NCBI RefSeq assembly: GCF_006345805.1 | Contig: NC_043025.1 | Location: forward strand, 15,810,001 to 15,874,000 | Source of the DNA: Octopus sinensis | Taxonomy: Eukaryota | DNA length: 64,000 nucleotides | Direction of reading: 5' to 3' | Part shown: piece after piece, positions 13,601-25,046 of the stretch | Position numbering within the stretch: position 1 is the first letter of the stretch | Layout: each line of letters begins with the position of its first letter | Notes under the pieces: generated by a model | What the model saw: only the letters and a program-made list of their open reading frames with translations | Told to the model about the DNA's origin: nothing | The model's database searches: none | Position numbers and translations under genes: made by a program

Positions 13601-15362
13601 AATTCTCCCTCAAACAACACCCCCTACTCTCTTCTGTGATGTATAATGTATATATGAGCCAATGAGAAAGACCTCTACATGTAGCTAGACCTGCTAGAAA
13701 TGTCAGCCAAATCTCCCTCAAACAAACACCCTACTCTCTTATGTATGTATATATGCATGTATGAGCCAATGAGGGAGACCTCTACATGGTAGCTAGACCT
13801 GGTAGATATAACAGCCAAATCTCCCTAAGCAACACCCTACTCTCTTATGTATATATATATGTATGTATGAGCCAATGAGGGAGACCTCTACATGGTAGCT
13901 AGACCTGCTAGAAATAACAGCCAGATCTCCCTCAAACAACACCCTACTCTCGTATGTATGTATATATGTATGTATGAGCCAATGAGGGAGACCTAACACA
14001 TGGTAGCTAGACCTGGTAGAAATAACAGCCAATCTCCCACAAAGAAACCCTATTTTATTGTATGTAATGAGCCAATGAGGGAGACCTCTACATGGTAGCT
14101 AGACCTCTGGAAATAACAGCCAGATCTCCCTCAAACAACACCTACTCTCTAATGTATTATATATGTCTGTATGAGCCAATGTGGCAGACCTCTACATGGT
14201 AGCTAGATCTTGTAGAAATAACAGCCAATCTCCCTCAAACGTCACCCTTATCTCTTAGTATGTATATATGTATGTATGAGCCAATGAGGGAGACCTCCAC
14301 ATGGTAGCTAGACCTGCTAGAAATAAACAGCTAAATCTCCCTAAACAACACCCTACTCTCTCAGTATGTATATATGTATGTATGAGCCAATGAGGGAGAC
14401 CTCTACGTGGTAGCTAGACCTGCTAGAAATAACAGCCAAATCGCCCTTAAGCAACACCCTTACTCTCTAAATATGTATGAGCCAATGAGGGAGACCTTTA
14501 CATGGTAGCTAGATCTGGTAGAAATAACAGCACCAAAGCTCCCTCAAACAACACCCTACTCTCTTATGCGGTATATATGTATGTAGGCAATGAGGGAGAC
14601 CTGACGTGGATAGCTAGACCTGCTAGAAAAAACAGCCAAATCTCCCTCAAACAACACCCCCTCTCTTATGTATGTATATATGTTTGTATGAGCCAATGAG
14701 GGAGACCTCTACATGGTAGCTAAGATCTGGTAGAAAATAACAGCCAAATCCCCTCAAACAACACCCTACTCTCTATGTGGATGTATATATGTACGTATGA
14801 GCCAATTAGGGAGACCTCTACATGTTAGCTAAACCTGGTAGAAATAACAGCCAGATTCTCCCTCAAAACAACACCCTACTCTCTTATGTATGTATATATG
14901 TAAGTATGAGCCAATGAGGAGGACCTCTACATGGTAGCCTAGACCTGCTAGAAATAACAGCCAAATCTCCTCAAAAAAACACTACTCTCTTATGTAGTAT
15001 ATATGTAGTATGAGCCAATGAGGGAAACCTCTACATGGTAGCTAGACCAGCTAGAAAATATCAGCCAAATCCCTCAAAAACAACACCTACTCTCCTATGT
15101 ATGTATATATGTATGTATGAGCCAATAAGGGACAACCTCTACATGGTAGCTAGACCTGCTAGAAATAACAGCCAAAATCTCCCTCAAAAAACACTCTACT
15201 CTCTTATATGTATAAATGTATGTATGAGCCAATGAGGAGACCTCTACATGGTAGCTAGACCTGGCTAGAAATTACAGCCAAATCTCCCTCAAACAACACC
15301 CCTACTCTGTTATGTATGTATATATGTATGTATGAGCCAATGAGGGAGGCCTTTACATGGTA

Positions 15363-15462
15363 NNNNNNNNNNNNNNNNNNNNNNNNNNNNNNNNNNNNNN
15401 NNNNNNNNNNNNNNNNNNNNNNNNNNNNNNNNNNNNNNNNNNNNNNNNNNNNNNNNNNNNNN
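15363..15462. other. Assembly gap (100 N)
   Basis: Run of N; a length of 100 is a common placeholder for an unsized gap. Confidence 0.99.
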
Positions 15463-16379
15463 TGGGCTGTGTGTGTGTCAAGTTTCATGAGAATCGGTTG
15501 AAAGCCGTGGTCAGGGTGAGGGTACAACCTGACGACACACAGAAACACACACAGACAAACTGTCGTTTATATAGAGAGATATATATATATATATATACTA
15601 GCAGTATCGCCCGGCGTTGCTCAGGTTGTAAGGGAAATAACTATAAAGCATTTTAGAGAGTTATAGCCAAAAAATAGCAAAAAAATGGGAAAAAAAATTA
15701 TGGTAAATTTTTTTTGATAGTTAAAAAGGTCGAGTTGCGTCCCCTAGACGGTCTGTGGTTTGTGTTTCTGATTGTCGACCCCATGTCGAATTTATCGATC
15801 TTTTTCAGAACTGGGGGAACTTTTCAAAATTTTCTCTGCGTTAGTTTTGAATTATGACATTGGGCTGTGTGTGTGTCAAGTTTCATCAGAATCGGTTGAA
15901 AGCCGTGGTCAGGGTGAGGGTACAACCTGACAGACACACAGAAACACACACAGACAAACTGCCGTTTATATAGAGAGAGATAATATATATATATACTAGC
16001 AGTATCGCCCGGCGTTGCTCAGGTTTGTAAGGGAAATAACTATAAAGCATTTTAGAGAGTTATAGCCAAAAAATAGCAAAAAAATGGGAAAAAAAATTAT
16101 GGTAAATTTTTTTTTGATAGTAAAAAGGTCGAGTTGCGTCCCCTAGACGGTCTGTGGTTTGTGTTTCTGATTGTCGACCCCATGTCGAATTTATCGATCT
16201 TTTTCAGAACTGGGGGAACTTTTCAAAATTTTCGCTGCGTTAGTTTTGAATTATGACATTGGGCTATGTGTGTGTCAAGTTTCATGAGAATCGGTTGAAA
16301 GCCGTGGTCAGGGTGAGGGTACAACCTGACAGACACACAGACACGCAGACAGACAAACTGCCGTTTATATAGAGAGAGA
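15463..16379 (-). mobile_element. Three head-to-tail copies of the short Helitron (15463-15579 partial, 15598-15980, 15996-16379) separated by (TA)n
   Basis: Reverse complement of the 10284-10658 element; CTAG at 15598 and 15996; TC starts at 15579, 15980 and 16379. Confidence 0.88.
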
Positions 16380-16586
16380 TTATAATAAATTATTTACACA
16401 TGAAAACTTTTAAAAATTAGGTTTTGTATAGTTGCACCAGGATGAGTTCAGACCAGTCAGTATGAAAAGACTTATAAGCAGAAGCCAAACAAGCAAATGG
16501 TATAAGGAGTTACGTACCTTGCTTATGGAGACATTAAATGAGAGAAATGTTGTTAGTGAAAAGTCAACATTACATCCATATGTGAA

Positions 16587-16910
16587 GGCGCGTGGCTTAG
16601 TGGTTAGGGCATTCAGCTCGCGATTGTAAGGTCGTGAGTTCGATTCCCGGCGACGCGTTGGGTCCTTGAGCAAGACACTTTATTTCACGTTGCTCCAGTT
16701 CACTCAGCTGGCAAAAATGAGTTGTACCTGTATTTCAAAGGGCCGGCCTTGTACCTTGCACACTTTGTGTCACGCTGAATCTCCCTGAGAACTACGTTAT
16801 GGGTACGCGTGTCTGTGGATTGCTCAGTCACTGGCACGTTAATTTCATGAGCAGGCTGTTCCGTTGATCGTATCAACTGGGACCCTCGTCGTCGTAACCG
16901 ACGGAGTGCT
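16587..16910 (+). mobile_element. tRNA-derived SINE of a third family
   Basis: A-box tggcttagtgg, B-box gagttcgattcc, then a ccttgagcaagacactt core. No complete cloverleaf, so not a tRNA gene. Confidence 0.75.
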
Positions 16911-17692
16911 CCTCCTAACATCCATATGCACTTTCATGGAAAACACCAGTGAAGCTCAAAGATCAACTTTAAATTTGTATTTTGTTTCATTTAAGATATG
17001 TGAATATTTTCAATATATTTTATATAGAAATTACAATTGTGTGTCAAGAATGCTTCCCAACCACCTAGTTCCTAGTTCAGTCCCAGTGCATGGCACATTG
17101 GAAAGTGTCTTTGGGCCAGCCAAAGCCTTGTGAGTGGATTTATTAGATGGAAACTGAAAGAAGCCTGGGATGGTAGAAAGATAGGATATATCCTATGCAG
17201 CACTCAACCTGAATTTTAGGCTATCTACACTGTCAGATTTCAGACTAATATCAAAATTCTTCAGGTGTAGAAAATCTAGGCTTCACAAAGGTAAAACCGT
17301 TGTATGGATTTTGTGAAGAGTTAGAGTGGCATTTCTTCAGACCTACGACAAAGGTACGCGCTTACATTGTGCATCTGCCAGGCTGTGTGTTTTGCTTACA
17401 TCAGGAGAAAACAAAAAAGTAAACAGAATAAAGATAAAAATGTAAACTGACTGTGAATAAATGGACAGGACAAGAACATTGTTAATACCAAAGTAAGTAA
17501 AAATATGGTTAGGGGATGAAGAGGAAGGGGACAAGAAAATGAGGTAGAAGTGGAAGAAGTGGGAGGAGAAAGAGAAAGCGAAAGTGAATAGTTGAAAGGA
17601 AGAAGAGGAGTGATGTGGATTGTGATGCCAGAATTACCAGAATCAACTTATAATGGAAAAGTGAAAAGTAATTTTGGTGTAGAATCATAAAT

Positions 17693-18090
17693 ATATACTC
17701 TTTTACTTGTTTCAGTCATTTGACTGCGGCCATGCTGGAGCACCGCCTTTAGTCGGGCAAATCGACCCCGGGACTTATTCTTTGTAAGCCCAGTACTTAT
17801 TCTATCGGTCTCTTTTTGCCGAACCGCTAAGTGACGGGAACGTAAACACACCAGCATCGGTTGTCAAGCAATGCTAGGGGGACAAACACAGACACACAAA
17901 CACAAATACACATACATATATATATATACATATATACGACAGGCTTCTTTGAGTTTCCATCTACCAAATCCACTCACAAGGCATTGGTCGGCCCGGGGCT
18001 ATAGCAGAAGACATTTGCCCAAGATGCCACGCAGTGGGACTGAACCCGGAACCATGTGGTTGGTTAGCAAGCTACTTACCACACAACCAC
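17693..18090 (-). mobile_element. Second copy of the SINE at 4268-4660
   Basis: Colinear high similarity over ~400 bp, including the internal microsatellite. Confidence 0.8.
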
Positions 18091-18385
18091 TCCTGTGCCT
18101 ATAGTGATAAAATATAGTGATAAAATAAAGAAAATAACAAATAAAAAAAGGAAGGCTAATTGTAAAACAATATCAACAAAGACAGCAAGAATAATGAGAA
18201 GAAAATAATGATAGCAATACTACTACTACTACTATTAATAGTAATAAAAATAATTACGTTTATTTGCTTTGCAAGATTTTTGATGTGAAATCGTGTGTTG
18301 AAACAGATATTATTGTATTTAGGAATGGTCATTTTGCCAGTTTAGCCAATAAAAACACACGCACTATATATTTGGTGTTACTTTG

Positions 18386-20200
18386 CTTCAGCATTGCAGG
18401 AGAAATACCTAGCCAAAGATAAGCCCCTGTACCTGGCTTTTGTTGACATGGAGAAGCCTTCGACAGGGTCCCCCGATCCCTTATCTGGTGGTCAATGAGG
18501 AAACTAGGGATAGATGAATGGTTAGTGAGAGCTGTGCGAGCCATGTACAGAGACGCTGCTAGTAAGGTGAGGGTTGGCAACGAGTACAGTGAAGAATTCC
18601 GGGTAGAGGTTGGGGTCCACCAAGGTTCAGTCCTCAGTCCCCTCCTATTTATCGTAGTCCTCCAGGCAATAACGGAGGAATTCAAGACAGGATGCCCCTG
18701 GGAGCTCCTCTATGCTGATGACCTTGCTCTAATTGCTGAGTCACTATCAGAACTGGAGGAGAAGTTTCAGGTGTGGAAGCAAGGATTAGAATCGGAGGGC
18801 CTTAGAGTCAACCTAGCTAAAACCAAAGTCCTAATAAGTAGGAAGGTAGACAAATCACAAACGCCTTCAGGTAGATGGCCCTGCTCGATCTGTAGAAAAG
18901 GTGTAGGTAGAAACTCTATAAGATGCACCAAGTGTAAGCTATGGACACATAAGAAGTGCAGCAATGTCAAAGGAAGGCTAACTGGGAAGATAGTTTTTGT
19001 ATGTGGCAGATGCTCAGAAGCAATAAACACTGAAAATGCGCAGAGACCAACTTCCGTCACATTCCAGAGAGAAAAACTATAATTTGTTGATAGCTTCCGT
19101 TACCTAGGTGACCAAGTCAGTAGCGGGGGCGGGTGTGTTAAAAGTGTAACTGCTAGAGTAAGAATAGCTTGGGCAAAGTTCAGAGAGCTCTTACCTCTGC
19201 TGGTGACAAAACGCCTCTCGCTCAGAGTAAAAGGCAGACTGTATGATGCATGTGTATGTACAGCCATGCTACATGGCAGTGAAACATGGGCTGTGACTGC
19301 TGAGGATATGCGTAAGCTCGCAAGAAATGAAGCCAGTATGCTCCGATGGATGTGTAATGTCAGTGTTCATACTCGACAGAGTGTAAGTACCTTGTGAGAG
19401 AAGTTGGACCTAAGAAGCATCAGTTGTGGTGTGCAAGAGAGACGTTTGCGCTGGTATGGTCATGTGACGAGAATGGATGAAGATAGTTGTGTGAAAAAGT
19501 GCCACACCCTAGTGGTTGAGGGAACCTGTGGCAGAGGTAGACCCAGGAAAACTTGGGACAAGGTGGTGAAGCATGACCTTCGAACTTTAGGTCTCACCAA
19601 GGAAATGACTAGAGACCGAGACCTTTGGAAGTATGCTGTGCTTGAGAAGACCCAGCAGGACAAGTGAGACCATAACCCATGGCCTCTACCTGGGATGTAG
19701 CCAGTCCACTTATGCATACCTTTCCTTCTTGGGACACAAAACTGTACTTATGAAGACCTGTTTTGGCAAGTGAAAATCAAAATCGATCAACATCAATGGA
19801 AATTGCAGCTGTGAAACCAGTGCCAGTGGCATGTAAGAGAACCATCTGAACGTGGCCGTTGCCAGTGCCGCCTTGACTGGCTTCCGTCCCAGTGGCACGT
19901 AAAAAGCACCATCCGATCGTAGCCATTGCCAGCCCCACCTGGCCTCCGTGCTGGTGGTACGTAAAAAGCACCATCCGTCCGTGGCCGTTTGCCAGCCTCG
20001 TCTGGCACCTGTGTTGGTGGCATGTAAAAAGCACCCACTACACTCATGGAGTGGTTGGCGTTAGGAAGGGTATCCAGCCGTAGAAACATTGCCAGATCAG
20101 ACTGGGCCTGGTGCAGCCTTCAGGCTTCCCAGACCCCAGTTGAACCGTTCAACCCATGCCAGCATGGAAAGCGGATGCTAAACGATGATGATGATGATGA
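18386..20200 (+). mobile_element. 5'-truncated RTE LINE with stops and frameshifts
   Basis: ORFs 18495-19082 (GVHQGSVL, YADD, Cys finger), 19203-19397 and 19404-19667; 3' UTR repeats and (GAT)n tail. Confidence 0.92.
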
Positions 20201-20219
20201 TTAATCTTAATCTTATTTC

Positions 20220-20264
20220 GGCCAGAGTTCTTTCGTCACACTCCTGTGACTGCATCAGTGGTCC
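20220..20264 (-). ncRNA. Candidate minimal type-I hammerhead-like motif with a variant core
   Basis: GGACCA-CUGAUGCA-GUCAC-aggagu-GUGAC-GAAA-GAAC-UC-UGGCC; one extra C relative to the canonical CUGAUGA core. Confidence 0.4.
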
Positions 20265-20676
20265 TTTGCTTTCTTCTTTCTTATTTCGTGTCTCTCCTTA
20301 CTAACGAAAGAACTCTGGCCGAAATAAGATTAAGATTAATGTAAAAAATAAATAACACTGAAGCAAAGTAACACCAAATATATAGTGTGTGTGTTTTTGT
20401 TGGCTAAACTGGCAAAATGACCATTCCTAGATACAACAATAAAAATAATAGCAAAAATAATATAAAAGATAATAATAGTAATAGCCAGTTGAAACTTTAA
20501 TGATGATGAAGACTAAAGGAAGATAATGTTGTGGACAGTAGAAGAGATATGATGGACATAGGCAATAAACGACATGAGTAAAGTGAGAAGGATGGAAATG
20601 AAGCTAACCAGAATTATTCCTGGTGACCTTATACACATACCTATACATACACACACATATGCAAATGCACATGGAT

Positions 20677-20730
<54 letters not shown>

Positions 20731-20749
20731 AGATATGGAGGGAGAAAGA

Positions 20750-21240
20750 CAAACTTAATTTGCAGCAGTAAGTTTCACCCTACCAAATTGGTAACTTGGG
20801 CTGAGTTGCTTGCACCCATAGTTACATTGAAATATTCTAGTCTGTCCATATGAGGCTGTCATTCAAAGTAAATATTGTTTTCCTAGCTGCTACAATTGGG
20901 CTGGTGTCTTTAAATAAAGAGGTGTTCCTGATGGCAAAGATTATAGCCTCACTGAGAAGTACAAGTTTAATAGATGAGTAGTACAAGTTGATATCTATCT
21001 GTATGAATTTATTTGTATTTTGTAAAGTAAATTCTTAAACCAGTCAATAACATCAGTTGTGTCTGACCAAAGATCTAGTTTAATAAGTTTCCTCAATGTA
21101 GGGAGTATCATATCTATAACGGTTTTGTGATTGCAAATATGTCAATTTTCATTCGGAACTTTTGTGTGAGCTTACATTAAAAGCTGAGCTCGTACAAAAA
21201 CAACTACAACTGACCATTAAAGATGTGTTGAAGTCTTCTT
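20750..21240 (-). mobile_element. Degenerate Penelope-like element RT fragment
   Basis: Manual minus-strand translation across frameshifts gives LWSDTTDVIDWFKNL, QIDINLYYSSI, AARKTIF and VTMGASNSAQVTNLVG. These resemble PLE RT motifs W.NT.DVI.WF, FDI..FYPSI and FDVTMGS.DGAEVCELVG. Confidence 0.65.
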
Positions 21241-21263
21241 ATTTGGATTGTATAAATATATAT

Positions 21264-21472
21264 AGGAAATGACCAGAGACCGAGACCTTTGGAAGTATGC
21301 TGTGCGTGAGAAGACCCAGCAGGACAAGTGAGGCCTGTGCATACCTTCCTTCTTGGGACACAAAATTCTACTTGTGAAGACCTGTTGAGGCAAGTGAAAA
21401 TCGAAATCGATCAACATAAATGGAATTTGTAGTTGTGATACCAGTTCTGGTGGCACGTAAGAGAACCATCCG
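21264..21472 (+). mobile_element. Short internal RTE fragment (ORF end and start of 3' UTR)
   Basis: agagaccgagacctttggaagtatgctgtgcgtgagaagaccc matches the other RTE copies. Confidence 0.75.
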
Positions 21473-21590
21473 AAAGAGATACTTTTTTATCGAGATTTCA
21501 TTGCTCATAATTACAGGTAAATATTATACAAGCATATATTATCACTAACAAGTATAGTGTATGTATGTAGTGTGTGTGTGTAGATACACA

Positions 21591-23701
21591 TCATCATCAT
21601 CATCATTTAACGTCCGCTTTCCATGCTAGCATGGGTTGGATGGTTCAACTGGGGTCTGTGAAGCCAGAGGGCTGCTTCAGGCCCAGTCTGATCTGGCAGT
21701 ATTTCTACGGCTGGATGCCCTTCCTAACGCCAACAACTCCGTGAGTGTAGTGGGTGTCTTTTACGTGCCACCCACACAGGTGTCAGACAGAGCTGGCAGA
21801 CGGCCATGGACAGATGGTGCTTTTACGTGCCACTGGCACAGGGGCCAGGCGAGGCTGGCAACGGCCACGAACGGATGGTGCTTTTATGTGCCACCGGCAC
21901 GGGGGCCAGGCAAGGCTGGCAACAGCCACGAACGGATGGTGCTTTTTACATGCCACCGGCCCGGAGGCCAGTCGGGGCGGCGCTGGCAACGGACATGATC
22001 GGATGGTGCTTTTTACGTGCCACCGGCACGGGGGCCAGGCGAGGCTGGCAACAACCACGAACAGATGGTGCTTTTTACATGTCATCGGCACGGAGGCCAG
22101 TTGGGGCGGCGCTGGCAACGTCCACAATCGGATGGTTTGCTTATTTGTCACCGGCACTGGTATCACAGCTGCAATTTCCATTGATGTTGATCGACTTCGA
22201 TTTTGGTTCTGCTTTCTGATATCTGATTTGATTTTGATTTTCTGATTTTGATTTTCACTTGCCTCAACGGGTCTTCACAAGTGGAGTTTTGTGTCCCAAG
22301 AAAGAAAGGTATGTATAAGTCGACTGGCTACATACCAGGTAGAGGCCATGGGTTATGGCCTCACTAGTCTTGCCGGGTCTTCTCACGCACAGCACACTTC
22401 CATAGGTCTCGGTCTCTAGTCATTTCCTTAGTGAGACCTAAAGTTCGAAGGTCATGCTTCACCACCTCGTCCCAGATTTTCCTGGGTCTACCTCTTCCAC
22501 AGGTTCCCTCAACCGCTAGGGTGTGGCACTTTTGCACACAACTATCTTCAGCCATTCTCGTCACATGACCATACCAGCGCAAACGTCTCTCTTGCACACC
22601 ACAACTGATGCTTCTTAGGTTCAACTTTTCTCTCAAGGTACTTACACTCTGTCGATTATGAACACTGACATTACACATCCATCGGAGCATACTGGCTTCA
22701 TTTCTTGCGAGCTTACGCATATCCTCAGCAGTCACAGCCCATGTTTCACTACCATGTAGCATGGCTGTACGTACACATGCATCATACAGTCTGCCTTTTA
22801 CTCTGAGCGACAGGCCTTTTGTCACCAGCAGGGGTAAGAGCTCTCTAAACTTTGCCCAAGCTATTCTTACTCTAGCAGTTACACTTTCAACACACCCACC
22901 CCCACTACTGACTTGGTCACCTAGGTAGCGGAAGCTATCAACTACTTCTAGTTTTTCTCCCTGGAACGTGGTAGAAGTTGGTCTCTGCACATTTTCAGTG
23001 TTTATTACTCCTGAGCATCTGCCACAGACAAAAACTATTTTCCTAGTTAGCCTTCCTTTGACATTGCTGCACCTCTTATGTGTCCATAGCTTACACTTGG
23101 TGCACCTTATAGAGTTTCTACCTACACCTTTTTTACAGATCAAGCAGGGCCATCTACCTGAAGGCGTTTGTGATTGGTCTACCTTCCTACTTATTAGGAC
23201 TTTGGTTTTAGCTAGGTTGATTCTGAGGCCCTTCGATTCTAATCCTTGCTTCCACACCTGAAACTTCTCCTCCAGTTCTGATAGCAACTCAGCAATTAGA
23301 GCAAGGTCGTCAGCATAAAGGAGCTCTCAGGGGCATCCTGTCTTGAATTCCTCCGTTATTGCCTGGAGGACTATGATAAATAGGAGGGGACTGAGGACTG
23401 AACCTTGGTGGACCCCAACCTCTACCCGGAATTCTTCACTGTACTCGTTGCCAACCCTCACCTTACTAGCAGCGTCTCTGTACATGGCTCGCACAGCTCT
23501 CACTAACCATTCATCTATCCCTAGTTTCCTCATTGACCACCAGATAAGGGATCGGGGGACCCTGTCAAGGCTTTCTCCATGTCAACAAAAGCCAGGTACA
23601 GGGGCTTATCTTTGGCTAGGTATTTCTCCTGCAGCTGTCTTACCAGGAATATAGCATCACTAGTACTTTTCCCTGGCACGAACCCAAACTGCATCTCATC
23701 T
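21591..23701 (-). mobile_element. 5'-truncated RTE LINE, same subfamily as 25438-29130, opposite orientation
   Basis: ORFs 23327-23533, 23530-23733 and 22364-23287 nearly match the + copy. Both share the aaaatcaaatcagatatcagaaagcagaacc UTR segment; the tail reads (CAT)n at ~21591. Confidence 0.93.
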
Positions 23702-23861
23702 ATAACAATACAGGTTTCCACAGGGACAAACAAATTCTACTCACAAAAGCATTTCAGACAACCAGAAACTATAATAGGAGACACTTGTCCAAAGTGTACA
23801 CAGTCCTTACAGAGTACCTGCAATTATAATTTACAGAGGTGTATTACCAATTGTTACTTAC

Positions 23862-23928
23862 TGAGGAGTATCACTTATTTTCAAAACAGAACGTTCTGGT
23901 ATAGAAAAATGCTTCTCCCTTTTTCATC
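23862..23928 (-). CDS. MAN2A1: Alpha-mannosidase II exon D, predicted DE(K)REKHFSIPERSVLKISDTP, apparently frameshifted by one missing A
   Basis: Strong acceptor (poly-T ... aaatacag|GAT) and donor CA|gtaagt. KREKHFSIPERSVLKISDTP resembles human KQKSQDSLPQKNIIRLSAEP. The exon is 67 nt; 68 nt would join the phase-0 start to this frame. Confidence 0.75.
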
Positions 23929-24401
23929 CTGTATTTAAAAAAAAAAAGAAATAGTTTGTAATTTACTCTCAGCATTTACATTTGTGAGAAATAGCAACCA
24001 AATCTTCCTCAAATCACACTTTAAAATGCATGACACAGAAGTATTTAAAACAACAATTTTCCTAAAATGATGCATCAAAAATTTTACTGTGTCGCAAGGG
24101 ACAAAAACAAATTTCAAGCAAAGTCTCTTTTTGATATCAACCAACCTGACATAGCTCCCACTTCTCCTGAGATACAAACTTCCTGTTTTAAAGTGATCTG
24201 ACCAAACATTTATTGAAGAATATCTCCCAATGAATACTTATAAAGGAGCAGCCTCAATTATTATTTACTGCATCAGACTCTCTATTTGCCATTCAGTATC
24301 CTGAATCAACAATCTTTTGTAATTACTTTCATGCCAGATTTCTTTTCAGTCATGGAAGTGCTTAGGAAGGAAAGAAAATCAAAAGCAGTCATTCAACTCA
24401 C

Positions 24402-24516
24402 AACATTAAACATAGGTTTTTCTTTGGAGTAGCTGTATTTGCTTTTCTCCTTCATCATTAAAAATGTGATGGATTCTGTTGTCAGTCTCTTCATCTCCAT
24501 CATAGCAGTCAGCAAC
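24402..24516 (-). CDS. MAN2A1: Alpha-mannosidase II exon C, (R)LLTAMMEMKRLTTESITFLMMKEKSKYSYSKEKPMFNV
   Basis: Acceptor ttttaatttttcag|G completes AG|G from exon B; donor GTT|gtgagt; 115 nt, open frame. Plausibly colinear with the human segment after DYGTR. Confidence 0.85.
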
Positions 24517-24987
24517 CTGAAAAATTAAAAAGACAGATTCTCTTATTCCTTTATTTGTATATTTATTTCTTTATCCTTGTAATGGATCCAGGCTTTGAAT
24601 TACAGTTATGATGGAGCACTTCCTTCAGGTAGTGTATGTGCACCTATGTATATGTGTACACACATATACACACAAAATCTTCCCAGTTGGGGAGACTATG
24701 TAGTCACCTCTTCAGCCAGACACCTGTCCTGTCTCTCATACTTTCATAGTAATATACCCCACAGAGTTGAGAGGCCTTGTCTTGCAAATACTTTCTAGCC
24801 TAACTAGTGCAGGCGACACAGAAAAAGCAGCCAGTATACTATGTGAAGTGTAACATGCAACTGTAGAAACCTTGCCAAAACAACATTAGACTTCAGTGCA
24901 GCCTTTTGGCTCATCAGTTCCAGTCAAACCCATGACAGCATGGAAAAAGGTATGTGAAACGATAACGATGACAACTAGACTAGATAT

Positions 24988-25040
<53 letters not shown>

Positions 25041-25046
<6 letters not shown>

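Larger units (their letters stand above)
5099..15362. repeat. 107-bp tandem satellite, about 84 units, interrupted by two Helitrons and ending at the scaffold gap
   Basis: Consensus gagccaatgagggagacctctacatggtagctagacctgctagaaataacagccaaatctccctcaaacaacaccctactctcttatgtatgtatatatgtatgtat, counted as 107 nt. ORF-track period of 214 equals two units. Confidence 0.97.
18310..20449. repeat. Foldback element split by an RTE insertion (outer arms 18310-18385 and ~20357-20449; inner arms 20200-20236 and 20304-20340)
   Basis: ggaatggtcattttgccagtttagccaa...tttggtgttactttgcttcag is the reverse complement of the 20357-20449 segment; the inner 37-bp arms are perfect. Confidence 0.8.

Noticed and set aside
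5099-15362. CRISPR-like or protein-coding reading of the 107-bp array
   Set aside because: Units are contiguous with no unique spacers, there are no cas genes, the context is eukaryotic, and the short ORFs are unit translations.
16587-16660. tRNA gene
   Set aside because: A and B boxes are present, but there is no acceptor-stem closure and the sequence runs into a SINE body.
17250-17345. Minus-strand peptide ending NPYNGFTFVKP, like an AGC-kinase hydrophobic motif
   Set aside because: The match is only a few residues, no kinase exons lie nearby, and it would sit in the same-strand intron of another gene.
21636-22245. Overlapping 120-226-aa ORFs here and at 28226-28906
   Set aside because: They are translations of the GC-rich RTE 3'-UTR tandem units.
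1-23861. Next mannosidase exon (expected Y.V.YN..-like start after phase 2)
   Set aside because: Manual inspection of the non-repeat islands found no matching exon. It is probably beyond the window start or in the gap, but a diverged exon could have been missed without TBLASTN.
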